From contig JADDQH010000003.1 in NCBI GenBank assembly GCA_016781485.1, positions 5,384 through 69,383 on the forward strand: a stretch of 64,000 nucleotides of DNA, given 5' to 3'. The translations under genes and the position numbers were made by a program. Below are positions 16,546 through 24,649 of the stretch, piece after piece. Every line of letters starts with the position of its first letter. The first letter of the stretch is position 1. Below the pieces are notes generated by a model. That model was given only the letters and a program-made list of their open reading frames with translations. It was not told the DNA's origin and ran no database searches. The stretch is from Chloroflexota bacterium (lineage in GTDB: Bacteria; Chloroflexota; Limnocylindria; Limnocylindrales; CSP1-4).

Positions 16546-17720
16546 GTCGCGACGTTTGCCGTGACGCGCTCGCGCGTCCTGTCCGCGACGAGGGCCACGT
16601 GGCTCGCGCCCACCGTCGCACTGCGCCCCACGTTGTAGACGTGACGTGCGCGCGCCTCTCGCAGCAGCGGCCGGAACCCTTCGCGCCTCGCGGAGAGATC
16701 GTCGATGCGGTCGAGGACAGCACGGAGGTCACCGGGGTCGACGATGCCGCCGAGCTCCTCGCGCACCGACTCTTCGAGCGGCACGAGTCCCACCCGTTCG
16801 TACTCGGGATTGTTGATCTTCTTCGGCGTGTCGACGAAGAGGACCGGACGCTCCAGGCCGAACGCGTACTCCAGGGCAGCTCCCGACCAGTCGCTGATCA
16901 TCAGGTCCGACTCGTGCAGCGACTGTTGTGCGTTCATGTCGGTCTCGACCCGGAATGACCGGTCGCCGAACCGCTGGGCCAGGGTCGTGGCGAGCTTCGG
17001 GAAGCGCCGCACGGTCATCGGGTGAAGGCGCAACACCACGGAGTGACCGGCGTCGACGAGTAGCTGCACGAGCTCCTGTCCGTACGGCGCCTCGATGAAA
17101 GAGCACGCTCCCCAGGACGGGGCGAGCACGATCCTGGTCATTCCGTCTTGTGCCGCCGCCCAGGGATGCTCGGCGCTCGTCCGGAGGATCGCGTCGAGAC
17201 GCCCGTAGCCGTGCTCCACGAGCTCCTTCGGCGGCAGCCCGTACGACTCCTCGGTGCGGCGGATCTCAGCGACGTGATGCGGTCCCACGCAGAAGACCGT
17301 GTCGTAGGCGTCGAACGCGCCCTTGCGATAGATCATGTGGGTGCTCACCATCGAATGGAACACGTAAACGTAGTGCACCGGGTGCACCGAGCGCTTCAGG
17401 TGGAACGACTCCAGGTCGGGAAGTGTCATCACGACGACATCGGCGTCCACGACCTTGAAGAACGCCGTCCGCGCCGCCCCCGCGCCGATGAAGAACGTGC
17501 GGATCCGAGGATCGTCGAGCGAGAGCACGGGATCGGTGGCGTCGGAGGTGACGTAGCAGATGCTGCGGCCCAACGAAGCCGTCAATTCGTTCACGATCGG
17601 CCCCAGGTGCGGCCAGTCGGCTCGTCCTTCCGCGTAGAAGACTATACCGCGGTCCTCCCGCGGAAGGCGATCGAAGGTCCGCATCGAGGACCACGCCGCG
17701 AAGGCATCCTTCAGCGACAC
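16542..17720 (-). CDS. CDP-glycerol glycerophosphotransferase (TagB/TagF)-like transferase
   Basis: [35 protein letters not shown] motifs of the TagB/F family; ATGA-coupled to pepM. Confidence 0.75.
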   Translation of the reverse strand: MSLKDAFAAWSSMRTFDRLPREDRGIVFYAEGRADWPHLGPIVNELTASLGRSICYVTSDATDPVLSLDDPRIRTFFIGAGAARTAFFKVVDADVVVMTLPDLESFHLKRSVHPVHYVYVFHSMVSTHMIYRKGAFDAYDTVFCVGPHHVAEIRRTEESYGLPPKELVEHGYGRLDAILRTSAEHPWAAAQDGMTRIVLAPSWGACSFIEAPYGQELVQLLVDAGHSVVLRLHPMTVRRFPKLATTLAQRFGDRSFRVETDMNAQQSLHESDLMISDWSGAALEYAFGLERPVLFVDTPKKINNPEYERVGLVPLEESVREELGGIVDPGDLRAVLDRIDDLSARREGFRPLLREARARHVYNVGRSATVGASHVALVADRTRERVTANVAT

Positions 17721-17879
17721 GGGGTCACCGGCGAGCCTTGGGTACCGACTTGTCGCCGGTCGTCGCCCGGTCGCTGACCCCTCTGCATCCCTCCGGGCGA
17801 CGTCCGGACGTCAGCCGTCCGGCGTCCGGGTCGACGGGGCTCGAGCTCGTCACCGGCGCGTTGCTCGTCTCCGGGGCCG

Positions 17880-18002
17880 TCACCGCCGATGCGATGGCGA
17901 CCCTGCTCCACCGCGTTCCGCAAGAAGAACGAGGTCGCGCCGGCTGGGGTGGATCTGGAGGAGCACGATGCCCGTGCCGGCATCGACGAACGCAAACGGC
18001 AT
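17880..18002 (-). pseudogene. Small membrane protein (YxDPGTG-like), apparently frameshifted
   Basis: SD GGGAGG 8 nt before ATG 18002; MPFAFVDAGTGIVLLQI, then AGATSFFLR and RWSRV in the other two frames. Confidence 0.4.
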
Positions 18003-18074
18003 GTGGGAAGCCTCCCGGTTTCGGTAAGCCACTCGCCCGCCTGGGGGGCGAGGCAGGGTGCCGAGTGGGAGCGG

Positions 18075-18108
18075 CGATTGTCGCGGAATCCGGACCCTTT
18101 GACAATCG
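18075..18108 (-). promoter_or_regulatory. Candidate promoter/operator of the phosphonate operon
   Basis: Minus strand TTGTCA-17 nt-GACAAT, embedded in the inverted repeat CGATTGTC-N18-GACAATCG. Confidence 0.5.
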
Positions 18109-18208
18109 TAGCTGGACCAGGAACGTCGCCCACTACACCGTCGGACTCGGCTCGGCGGCCCATGAATGGCTGGCGCCGCTCACGCTCGCCCACTGCCGAA
18201 CGAAGGCG

Positions 18209-18553
18209 TTACCGCGGCTGGATCACGTCGAGTGGCTGCCGGCCACTGCGCAGCGCGCCGGCGGGGCGCGACTGCGTCGGCTCGATCTCCCCTGCGAGCC
18301 GGCGGAACCGCCCGACGGCTTCCGGCCGCAACGAGTACCAGATCCAGGTGCCGCGGCGCTCGCCGGCGACCCAGCCGGCGTCGCGCAGGACCTTCAGATG
18401 GTGCGAGACCGTGGGCTGGCTTACCTCGCAGCACGCGGTGAAGTCACAGGCGCAGATCTCGCCCTCCGCCGACAGCTGGCGGAGGATGGCGAGCCGTGTC
18501 GGGTCTGCGGCCGCCTGGAGGAGAACGACATCGGGGTCCGTCTGACGCTTCAT
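18209..18553 (-). CDS. arsR: ArsR/SmtB repressor
   Basis: [32 protein letters not shown]; divergent from the arsM operon. Confidence 0.9.
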   Translation of the reverse strand: MKRQTDPDVVLLQAAADPTRLAILRQLSAEGEICACDFTACCEVSQPTVSHHLKVLRDAGWVAGERRGTWIWYSLRPEAVGRFRRLAGEIEPTQSRPAGALRSGRQPLDVIQPR

Positions 18554-18565
18554 GCTTGACGAGGA

Positions 18566-18599
18566 TATCGATGCTCGCCTATATTGACAACCGTCGATA
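18566..18599. promoter_or_regulatory. Putative ArsR operator and divergent promoters
   Basis: TATCGA...TCGATA and ATTGAC-aacc-GTCGAT palindromes overlapping TTGACA. Confidence 0.55.
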
Positions 18600-18621
18600 C
18601 ATCGTAAGGAGGAGACCACTC

Positions 18622-18792
18622 GTGAACCAGGCCACCGAACTCGTCCGATCGGTGCAAAGGGAGCGTCTTCGCGAGGCCGAGCGTGGCCGTTTGGCCCGCC
18701 TTGCTGGCTTGGCGCGCGCCTGTTGCGCGGCCGCGTCCACGAAGATGTTGCGGCTGGGCCGCACGCGTCGACCCGCGTCCGCGTGCTGCTGA
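18622..18792 (+). CDS. 56-aa Cys-pair peptide in the ars operon
   Basis: Strong SD AAGGAGGAG before GTG; ...ARACCAAA...PASACC*; ends 10 nt before arsM. Confidence 0.7.
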   Translation: MNQATELVRSVQRERLREAERGRLARLAGLARACCAAASTKMLRLGRTRRPASACC

Positions 18793-18802
18793 GGCGACCG
18801 CG

Positions 18803-19618
18803 ATGATCGACGAGGTCCACGAAACCGTCCGCGACCGGTACGCGCAGGCCGCGCTCTCGGTGATGGCGACGGGCGCGAGCTGTTGCGGTGACGAGCCGGG
18901 GAGCGGGGGCGAGCTGTACGACGCGCTTACCCGCGACGAGTTGCCGGAGGCGGCCGTCCTCGCGTCACTCGGCTGCGGCAACCCCATCGCCGTGGCCGAT
19001 CTGCGAGAAGGCGAGCGCGTTCTCGACCTGGGTTCCGGCGGCGGGATAGACGTGTTGCTCTCGGCCAAGCGCGTGGGACCGACCGGGCGCGCGATCGGGC
19101 TCGACATGACCGACGAGATGCTCGCGCTGGCTCAGAAGAACGCCGCGGACGCGGGTGCGACGAACGTCGAGTTCCTGAAGGGCCACATCGAGGCCATCCC
19201 CTTGCCTGCCGACTCCGTTGATGTCGTGATCAGCAACTGCGTCGTCAACCTCGCTGCAGACAAGCCCGCGGTCTTCCGCGAGATCGCTCGCGTGCTCAGG
19301 GCCGGTGGACGCGTCGGCATCAGCGACATCGTGGCGGACGACGCGCTCACCCCTGGGCAGCGTGCCGAGCGGGGCTCGTATGTCGGTTGTATCGCCGGCG
19401 CATTGTCGGTATCGGAGTTCGAGGCCGGGCTCCGCGAGGTCGGGCTGACCGGGGTTTCCGTGACACCGACGCATGCTGTGGCGGAAGGCCTGTCCAGTGC
19501 GATCATCAAGGCGACCAAGCCCGGAGGCGCTGCGGGAGCCCCCGCGCCGGCGGTGAAACCGGGCGCGGTCTCCGCCTCGAGTGGCTGCTGCGGTGGCGGA
19601 GGCTGCTGCTGCTGCTAG
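18803..19618 (+). CDS. arsM: Arsenite S-adenosylmethionine methyltransferase
   Basis: [37 protein letters not shown]. Confidence 0.93.
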   Translation: MIDEVHETVRDRYAQAALSVMATGASCCGDEPGSGGELYDALTRDELPEAAVLASLGCGNPIAVADLREGERVLDLGSGGGIDVLLSAKRVGPTGRAIGLDMTDEMLALAQKNAADAGATNVEFLKGHIEAIPLPADSVDVVISNCVVNLAADKPAVFREIARVLRAGGRVGISDIVADDALTPGQRAERGSYVGCIAGALSVSEFEAGLREVGLTGVSVTPTHAVAEGLSSAIIKATKPGGAAGAPAPAVKPGAVSASSGCCGGGGCCCC

Positions 19619-19673
19619 CATCGACCGCTGCCAAGTGTCAGAAGCGGGCGACACGAACGTCTAGAGTGCACTG

Positions 19674-20606
19674 ATGGCGTTCGACCCCCGCCGATCGATG
19701 AAGGTCGGCGTCATCCTCCCGTTCTCGCAACGCGAGATGGGCGGAGAGACGCCACGCTGGAACGACCTCGTGGCGATGGCTCGGACGGCGGAGGCCATCG
19801 GCCTCGACTCGATCTGGATCTCGGACCACCTCCTGTTCCGATTCGAGGGGCAGGAACCGCGTGGCCCGTGGGAGTGCTGGTCGCTCGTCAGCGCGCTGGC
19901 GGTCGCGACCGAGCGGGTCGAGATCGGGACATATGTGAACTGCACGAGCTTCCGCAACCCGACGGTGTTCGCGAAGATGATCGACACGGTCGAGGAGATC
20001 AGCGGCGGGCGGCTGATCATCGGGCTCGGTGCCGGCTGGCACGAGCCGGAATACCAGGCGTTTGGCTTCCCGTTCGACCACCGGGTCAGCCGGTTCGAGG
20101 AAGCGATCGAGATCATCACCCGCCTGTTGCGCGAAGGGCACGTCGACTTCCAGGGGCGGTACTACCAGGCACGCGACTGCGAGCTACGCCCTCGCGGACC
20201 CCGCCCTGCCGGGCCACCGATCATGGTCGGCTCGACGCGCCCCCGGATGCTCCGGCTCGCCGCGCGGTACGCAGATGCGTGGAACGGCTTCGCAAAGCGG
20301 ATCGACGTCCTACCGTCACTGAACACGTCCGTCGACGAGGCATGCCGGGACGTTGGACGCGATCCCGCCACGCTCGCGCGAACCGCGGAGACCCACGTCC
20401 GCTTCCCGCACCTTGCCCCGGAGGGCGACGAAGCGGATCTCATGGGCGAGCCGGAAGAGCTGGCCGAGGTGCTGGCGCCGTATGCCGGGCACCGACTTGC
20501 CCATCTCCAGCTCCGGATCCGGCCGGACACCGTCGCATCGATCGAAGCGTTCGCGCCCGCGCTCGAGGCGCTCGATCGCCGGCTGGGTCATCGCGCCGGC
20601 GGGTGA
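19674..20606 (+). CDS. LLM-class (luciferase-like, probably F420-dependent) oxidoreductase
   Basis: DSIWISDH, RNPTVFAK, SGGRLIIGLGAGW..EY, PPIMVG, YADAWN. Confidence 0.85.
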   Translation: MAFDPRRSMKVGVILPFSQREMGGETPRWNDLVAMARTAEAIGLDSIWISDHLLFRFEGQEPRGPWECWSLVSALAVATERVEIGTYVNCTSFRNPTVFAKMIDTVEEISGGRLIIGLGAGWHEPEYQAFGFPFDHRVSRFEEAIEIITRLLREGHVDFQGRYYQARDCELRPRGPRPAGPPIMVGSTRPRMLRLAARYADAWNGFAKRIDVLPSLNTSVDEACRDVGRDPATLARTAETHVRFPHLAPEGDEADLMGEPEELAEVLAPYAGHRLAHLQLRIRPDTVASIEAFAPALEALDRRLGHRAGG

Positions 20607-20674
20607 CGAACGTGGGAGAGCAACCCGGCGGCTAAAGTCCGTCGAAGGTCGCGAACGACGGGCGACGACCGACG

Positions 20675-21922
20675 TCAGCGACCCGTGGCCGCACCGAGGA
20701 CGAGTCGGGCGCGCCGGACCGCACGCGACTCGCGGAGCGAGGCGTGAGCGCCGAGCCGGATCGGCGCGCCGGCGTTGTCGAGGTACAGCAGGACCCCTCC
20801 GGTCGTCGCGATCGCGCACAGGCCGAGGGCGGTCGTCAGGTCGACGAACCCTGTTTGGACCAGACCGGCGCCGAGGAACGGAGCGACCATCCCGCGCAGA
20901 CCGGTCGCCGCACTCCACCCTGCGACCGCGGCGCCACGGGATTCGAGCGGCGTGTTGTCGCTGATCACTGCCGAGATGCCGACATCGATCCCTGCGCTGG
21001 CCGCTCCCGCCGCGATCGCGGCGACCCAGAGGGTATGGAGGTCGCCCGCGATCGTGTACCCGAGCAACGATCCGAGCCCCAGCGCGCTTCCGCCGGCGAG
21101 GACCGCGCGAGGTCCTATCCTGTCGCTGACGACGCCCCAGGCGACGAACGAGACGGTGGTCGCGACCGAGATCAACGTGGCGACGACGGCCACATCGGCC
21201 AGCGACAGCGAGAGCCGGTCCACGTAGACGAGCGGATACAGAGGGACCGCCGCGATCATCCCGCCCCCGTAGAGCGCCTGCGCCAGAACGGCGCGGCGCA
21301 GCACGGGGCGCTCCGTGAGGGCACGGATCGATCCCCTCGCAGAGAACGCCGGCGCGTCACTGAGTCGAGCCCGCAGCCCGGCGTAGGCAGCTGCAGCAAG
21401 CATCCCGACGATCCCGGCCGCGGCGATGACGGGCAGGTCACCGGTCACGGCAGCAGCAACCCCGACCAGCAGCGTCGCGGCGACCGCCGCGCCGGCTCGG
21501 CCCGCGCCCAGCACGCCGAGCACGCGACCGCGCAGCCGGTCCGGGTACATCGCGCCCCAGAGACGCAGCTGGACGGGCGTCCCGAACGCGATCCCGACCC
21601 AGAATGCGAAGGCTGCGGCGACCATCACCGCGGGGATCGGCACGATCAGCACGGCCACGAGCGCGCCGGCGCCGAGTGCGCGGAGCAGCGCAAGCTGCCG
21701 TGGCGTCCGCGGGCCGATCCCGCCGGAGAACGCACCGAGGACGTTGGCGACGAACGGCGCTGAGGCAAGTGCAGCGAGTCCGGCAGGTTCGATCCCCGCA
21801 CGCCTCGCGACCGTGGGAAGGAGTGTCGAGACGACGACGACCGTGACGCCGACCCCCAGCGCGGCGAGCAGGTCGAGGGAAAGATTGCGCCGCATCCCGG
21901 CGGCGGGGATCTCGTGAGACAT
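20675..21922 (-). CDS. MFS transporter
   Basis: About 12 hydrophobic segments; WGVVSDRIGPR motif A; RGR motif. Confidence 0.8.
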   Translation of the reverse strand: MSHEIPAAGMRRNLSLDLLAALGVGVTVVVVSTLLPTVARRAGIEPAGLAALASAPFVANVLGAFSGGIGPRTPRQLALLRALGAGALVAVLIVPIPAVMVAAAFAFWVGIAFGTPVQLRLWGAMYPDRLRGRVLGVLGAGRAGAAVAATLLVGVAAAVTGDLPVIAAAGIVGMLAAAAYAGLRARLSDAPAFSARGSIRALTERPVLRRAVLAQALYGGGMIAAVPLYPLVYVDRLSLSLADVAVVATLISVATTVSFVAWGVVSDRIGPRAVLAGGSALGLGSLLGYTIAGDLHTLWVAAIAAGAASAGIDVGISAVISDNTPLESRGAAVAGWSAATGLRGMVAPFLGAGLVQTGFVDLTTALGLCAIATTGGVLLYLDNAGAPIRLGAHASLRESRAVRRARLVLGAATGR

Positions 21923-22112
21923 GACAGGACCTCGAGTGGGCAGTGGGCCTGCGAGGTCAGCTGTCGGGCTCGGCGGCGTGCGCCTTCGCGGTCCATCCGC
22001 GATTCGCCCCGGTGGGTGGTGGTTCCCCCGTCCTCTTGCGAGATTCGGCCAGGGACAAGGCTACACCGCATCGGCTTCGAAGGCCGGTGGCGCTCCCGGC
22101 TATCGTAGCCTT

Positions 22113-22880
22113 GTGGTCTCCCCGAGCAGCTCGGTCTTGGAGCAGCGAGAGTTCGACGTCCGCTTCGAATGGGGGCAAGAGGGGGCTCGACTCCTGGGGC
22201 CCGTGTCGGACATCGTCATCATCGTCGACGTCCTCCGGTTCACGACTGCCGTATCCGTCGCCGTCGATCGCGGCGCCGCGGTCTTCCCGTACCCGTGGGA
22301 CGACCCTTCCGCGGACGCGTTCGCGAAGGACCACGGGGCGATCCTCGCTACGAGAGGCGCCGGGCGCCTCTCGCTCTCTCCCACCTCGCTGCTGCACCTC
22401 TCGGAGGGTGAAAGACTCGTGCTTCCGTCACCGAACGGATCGACGTGTGCCGTGGTCGCTGCGGAAGCCGGATCCGCCGTCGTCGCCGGCTCCCTTCGAA
22501 ACGCCTCAGCTGTCGCCCGTTTCGCGCGCGCCCCGGGTCGGACCGTCGCCGTGATCGCCGCCGGCGAGCTCTGGCCGGGCGGTCAGCTGAGGCCGGCGAT
22601 CGAGGATCTGGTCGGCGCGGGCGCCATCCTGGCGGGGATGAGGCTCGGATCCCTGTCGCCCGAAGCTCGCGTCGCCGTAGCCGCATTCGGCGCGGTCTCG
22701 CGCGACCTACTGGCGACGATCAGCAAGTGCTCGTCCGGCAGGGAGCTCGCCGCGAAGGGCTGGGAGGAAGATCTGGCGCTCGCGAGCGAGCTCGACGCGA
22801 GCGACGAGGTACCCATCCTGTCGGGCGGCGCATTCGTTGCGCTCGCGGGAACGCATGGCACGGAGAGGCGCGGCAGCTAG
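22113..22880 (+). CDS. 2-phosphosulfolactate phosphatase (ComB)-like protein
   Basis: IVDVLRFTT, SPNGS, LRNASA, RPAIED..GAG, SSGREL. Confidence 0.85.
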   Translation: MVSPSSSVLEQREFDVRFEWGQEGARLLGPVSDIVIIVDVLRFTTAVSVAVDRGAAVFPYPWDDPSADAFAKDHGAILATRGAGRLSLSPTSLLHLSEGERLVLPSPNGSTCAVVAAEAGSAVVAGSLRNASAVARFARAPGRTVAVIAAGELWPGGQLRPAIEDLVGAGAILAGMRLGSLSPEARVAVAAFGAVSRDLLATISKCSSGRELAAKGWEEDLALASELDASDEVPILSGGAFVALAGTHGTERRGS

Positions 22881-23251
22881 TCCTTCTCGCCGACGAACGC
22901 GTCCCAGTCGAGTTCCGACACGTGCTGCCACTCGCGCCAGTGGACGACCGTGTCGCCGCTGACGCGCGCGATCACCGAGCCGTGGTATCGATGGTGACCC
23001 TCGTAGGTGTACTCGGCCACGCCCGTCTGCTCGACCTCGTCGAACAGGATCCGGTGCCAGACGACCGAGTGCGTCCCACCCGGTGGCGGTTCGAAGAACG
23101 GGAGGAGCTCGTCGCGGGTGCTGAACCTCTACCGCGTGGGGTCCGAATAGCCGACTCGTTCCGCGAAGTGCTCAGCGACCGCTCGCGCGTCGCCGACGTT
23201 CCAGCCGTCCGCCATCGATTCCAGGAGACGGCGGAAAGCCTCGCGATCCAT
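22877..23251 (-). pseudogene. SnoaL/NTF2-like gene interrupted by an in-frame TAG
   Basis: MDREAF...YSDPTR*RFSTRDELLPFF...HWREWQH...EKD*; the frame stays open on both sides of TAG 23129-23131. Confidence 0.75.
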
Positions 23252-23256
23252 CGAGG

Positions 23257-23766
23257 TCAGCGCGCGGCTGACGTCGCGGTCTCCCCCGTCCGGAGCCGGT
23301 CGCGCATCACGTCGATCTGCGCCGAGTGCTCGCGCTTGTGGCCGTACGAGGTATACACGAGGTAGTCGTCGAGGGCGTACTGCGGCCCGTACCACGGCAA
23401 CGTGCCCACCTCGCGGCGTTTCTCCTCGGGGATCCGCTCGAGTATCCGCTCGCTCTGCTCGTACGCCTCCCTGTACTCGCCGACGATCTCCTCCGGCGAT
23501 CGTTGCGCGCGATCGGCGACCTGGCGCTCGTTGAACCCGTGGCCGCCGAGTTCCATGATCTGCGTCGCGTACGGCCCCAGCCCCTCCCCCAGGAACGACC
23601 CCAGCACCTCGCCGATCAATCGCTCGTACGACGTCAGGTGGCTCAGGATGTCCTTGATCGACCACGTTCCGACGGCGCCGGGAACCTCCCATTCCCATGG
23701 CTCGACGCCCTCGATCGAGCGCAGCAGCGTCTGGTTCCCGTATCTCACGATGTCCGTTGCGTTCAT
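23257..23766 (-). CDS. DinB/MDMPI-like protein
   Basis: WSIKDILSHL...HKREH metal-binding pattern. Confidence 0.8.
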   Translation of the reverse strand: MNATDIVRYGNQTLLRSIEGVEPWEWEVPGAVGTWSIKDILSHLTSYERLIGEVLGSFLGEGLGPYATQIMELGGHGFNERQVADRAQRSPEEIVGEYREAYEQSERILERIPEEKRREVGTLPWYGPQYALDDYLVYTSYGHKREHSAQIDVMRDRLRTGETATSAAR

Positions 23767-24512
23767 CGTTCCTCAGTCGTCCTCCAGCGGTGGGGTACGG
23801 ATGCGCCGAGCTTCGCTTCGGCGGTCCGCCACGGCCGCTCATTGAACAGCTCGGTCAGCCAGCGCCCGAACGGCCCGGGCGGCTCCTCGTCAGGGTAGTC
23901 CCGGACGAGGGCCTCCAGCTGCGCCTGGATGTCGCGTGTCAGGCGCCCGACGTGTTGCCGGGTCGCCCGAGCGCCGCCCGTCGGGATCGCCGTCCCCACG
24001 CGGAGCCGGATCGGCTTCCCGAAGCGCAGCCACCTCGTTCCGTTGATCGCGACGGGCACGATCGGGACGCCCGCGCGCAGCGCGAAGTAGGCGGGCCCGG
24101 CGTGGAGCGGCATGACCTCACGTTCGGACTCGCTCAGCCGGCCCTCCCCGGCGATCGCGAGGACATTCCCGCCGGTCAGCACCAGGACGGCTCTCCGCGT
24201 CGTTTCCACCAGATCGTTCTTTCCGGGCTTCACCGGGACGGGCATCCCCGTCCAGCTCATCAGCCGGTTCTTGACGCCGACCTTCATGTCCTCTTCCGCG
24301 GGGCCGAAGATGAACAGCCGCTGATCGCGGGGCCAGAGCGCGACGAGGACGAACGGGTCGAGCCAGTTCAGGTGGTTGAAGCAGACCAGGTAGGGAGGGG
24401 CGGGCAGCCGCTCGAGACCCTCGGCTCGGAGCCGGAAGTAGGTCGGGAGCAGCAGGCCGAGCGCGGCACACGTGAACCGGTACCGAGGCTCGGCGGCCAA
24501 CGCCCCGCTCAC
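23763..24512 (-). CDS. Lysophospholipid acyltransferase (PlsC family)
   Basis: NHLNWLD (HX4D), EGR, PIVPVAI. Confidence 0.85.
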   Translation of the reverse strand: MSGALAAEPRYRFTCAALGLLLPTYFRLRAEGLERLPAPPYLVCFNHLNWLDPFVLVALWPRDQRLFIFGPAEEDMKVGVKNRLMSWTGMPVPVKPGKNDLVETTRRAVLVLTGGNVLAIAGEGRLSESEREVMPLHAGPAYFALRAGVPIVPVAINGTRWLRFGKPIRLRVGTAIPTGGARATRQHVGRLTRDIQAQLEALVRDYPDEEPPGPFGRWLTELFNERPWRTAEAKLGASVPHRWRTTEER

Positions 24513-24649
24513 GCCGCACCCTTCGGGCTCGCCATGCGCTCAGTTTGGGGGATGGAGAGGGTGTGCGAGGAAGGACCGCCTCTTTCGTCTCGACCCGCCG
24601 CCGACGGCTCCGCGCCGCTCTCCACACGTCCCTCGCGTACGATGGCCGG

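Noticed and set aside
10497..17720. Phosphonate cluster as an antibiotic pathway (phosphinothricin or fosfomycin type)
   Set aside because: The dioxygenase has MPnS-type residues; no NRPS, radical-SAM methyltransferase or resistance genes; the TagB/F-like gene points to a surface polymer.
22113..22880. ComB-like gene as evidence of coenzyme M synthesis
   Set aside because: No comA, comC, comD or comE in the window; ComB homologues are widespread phosphatases.
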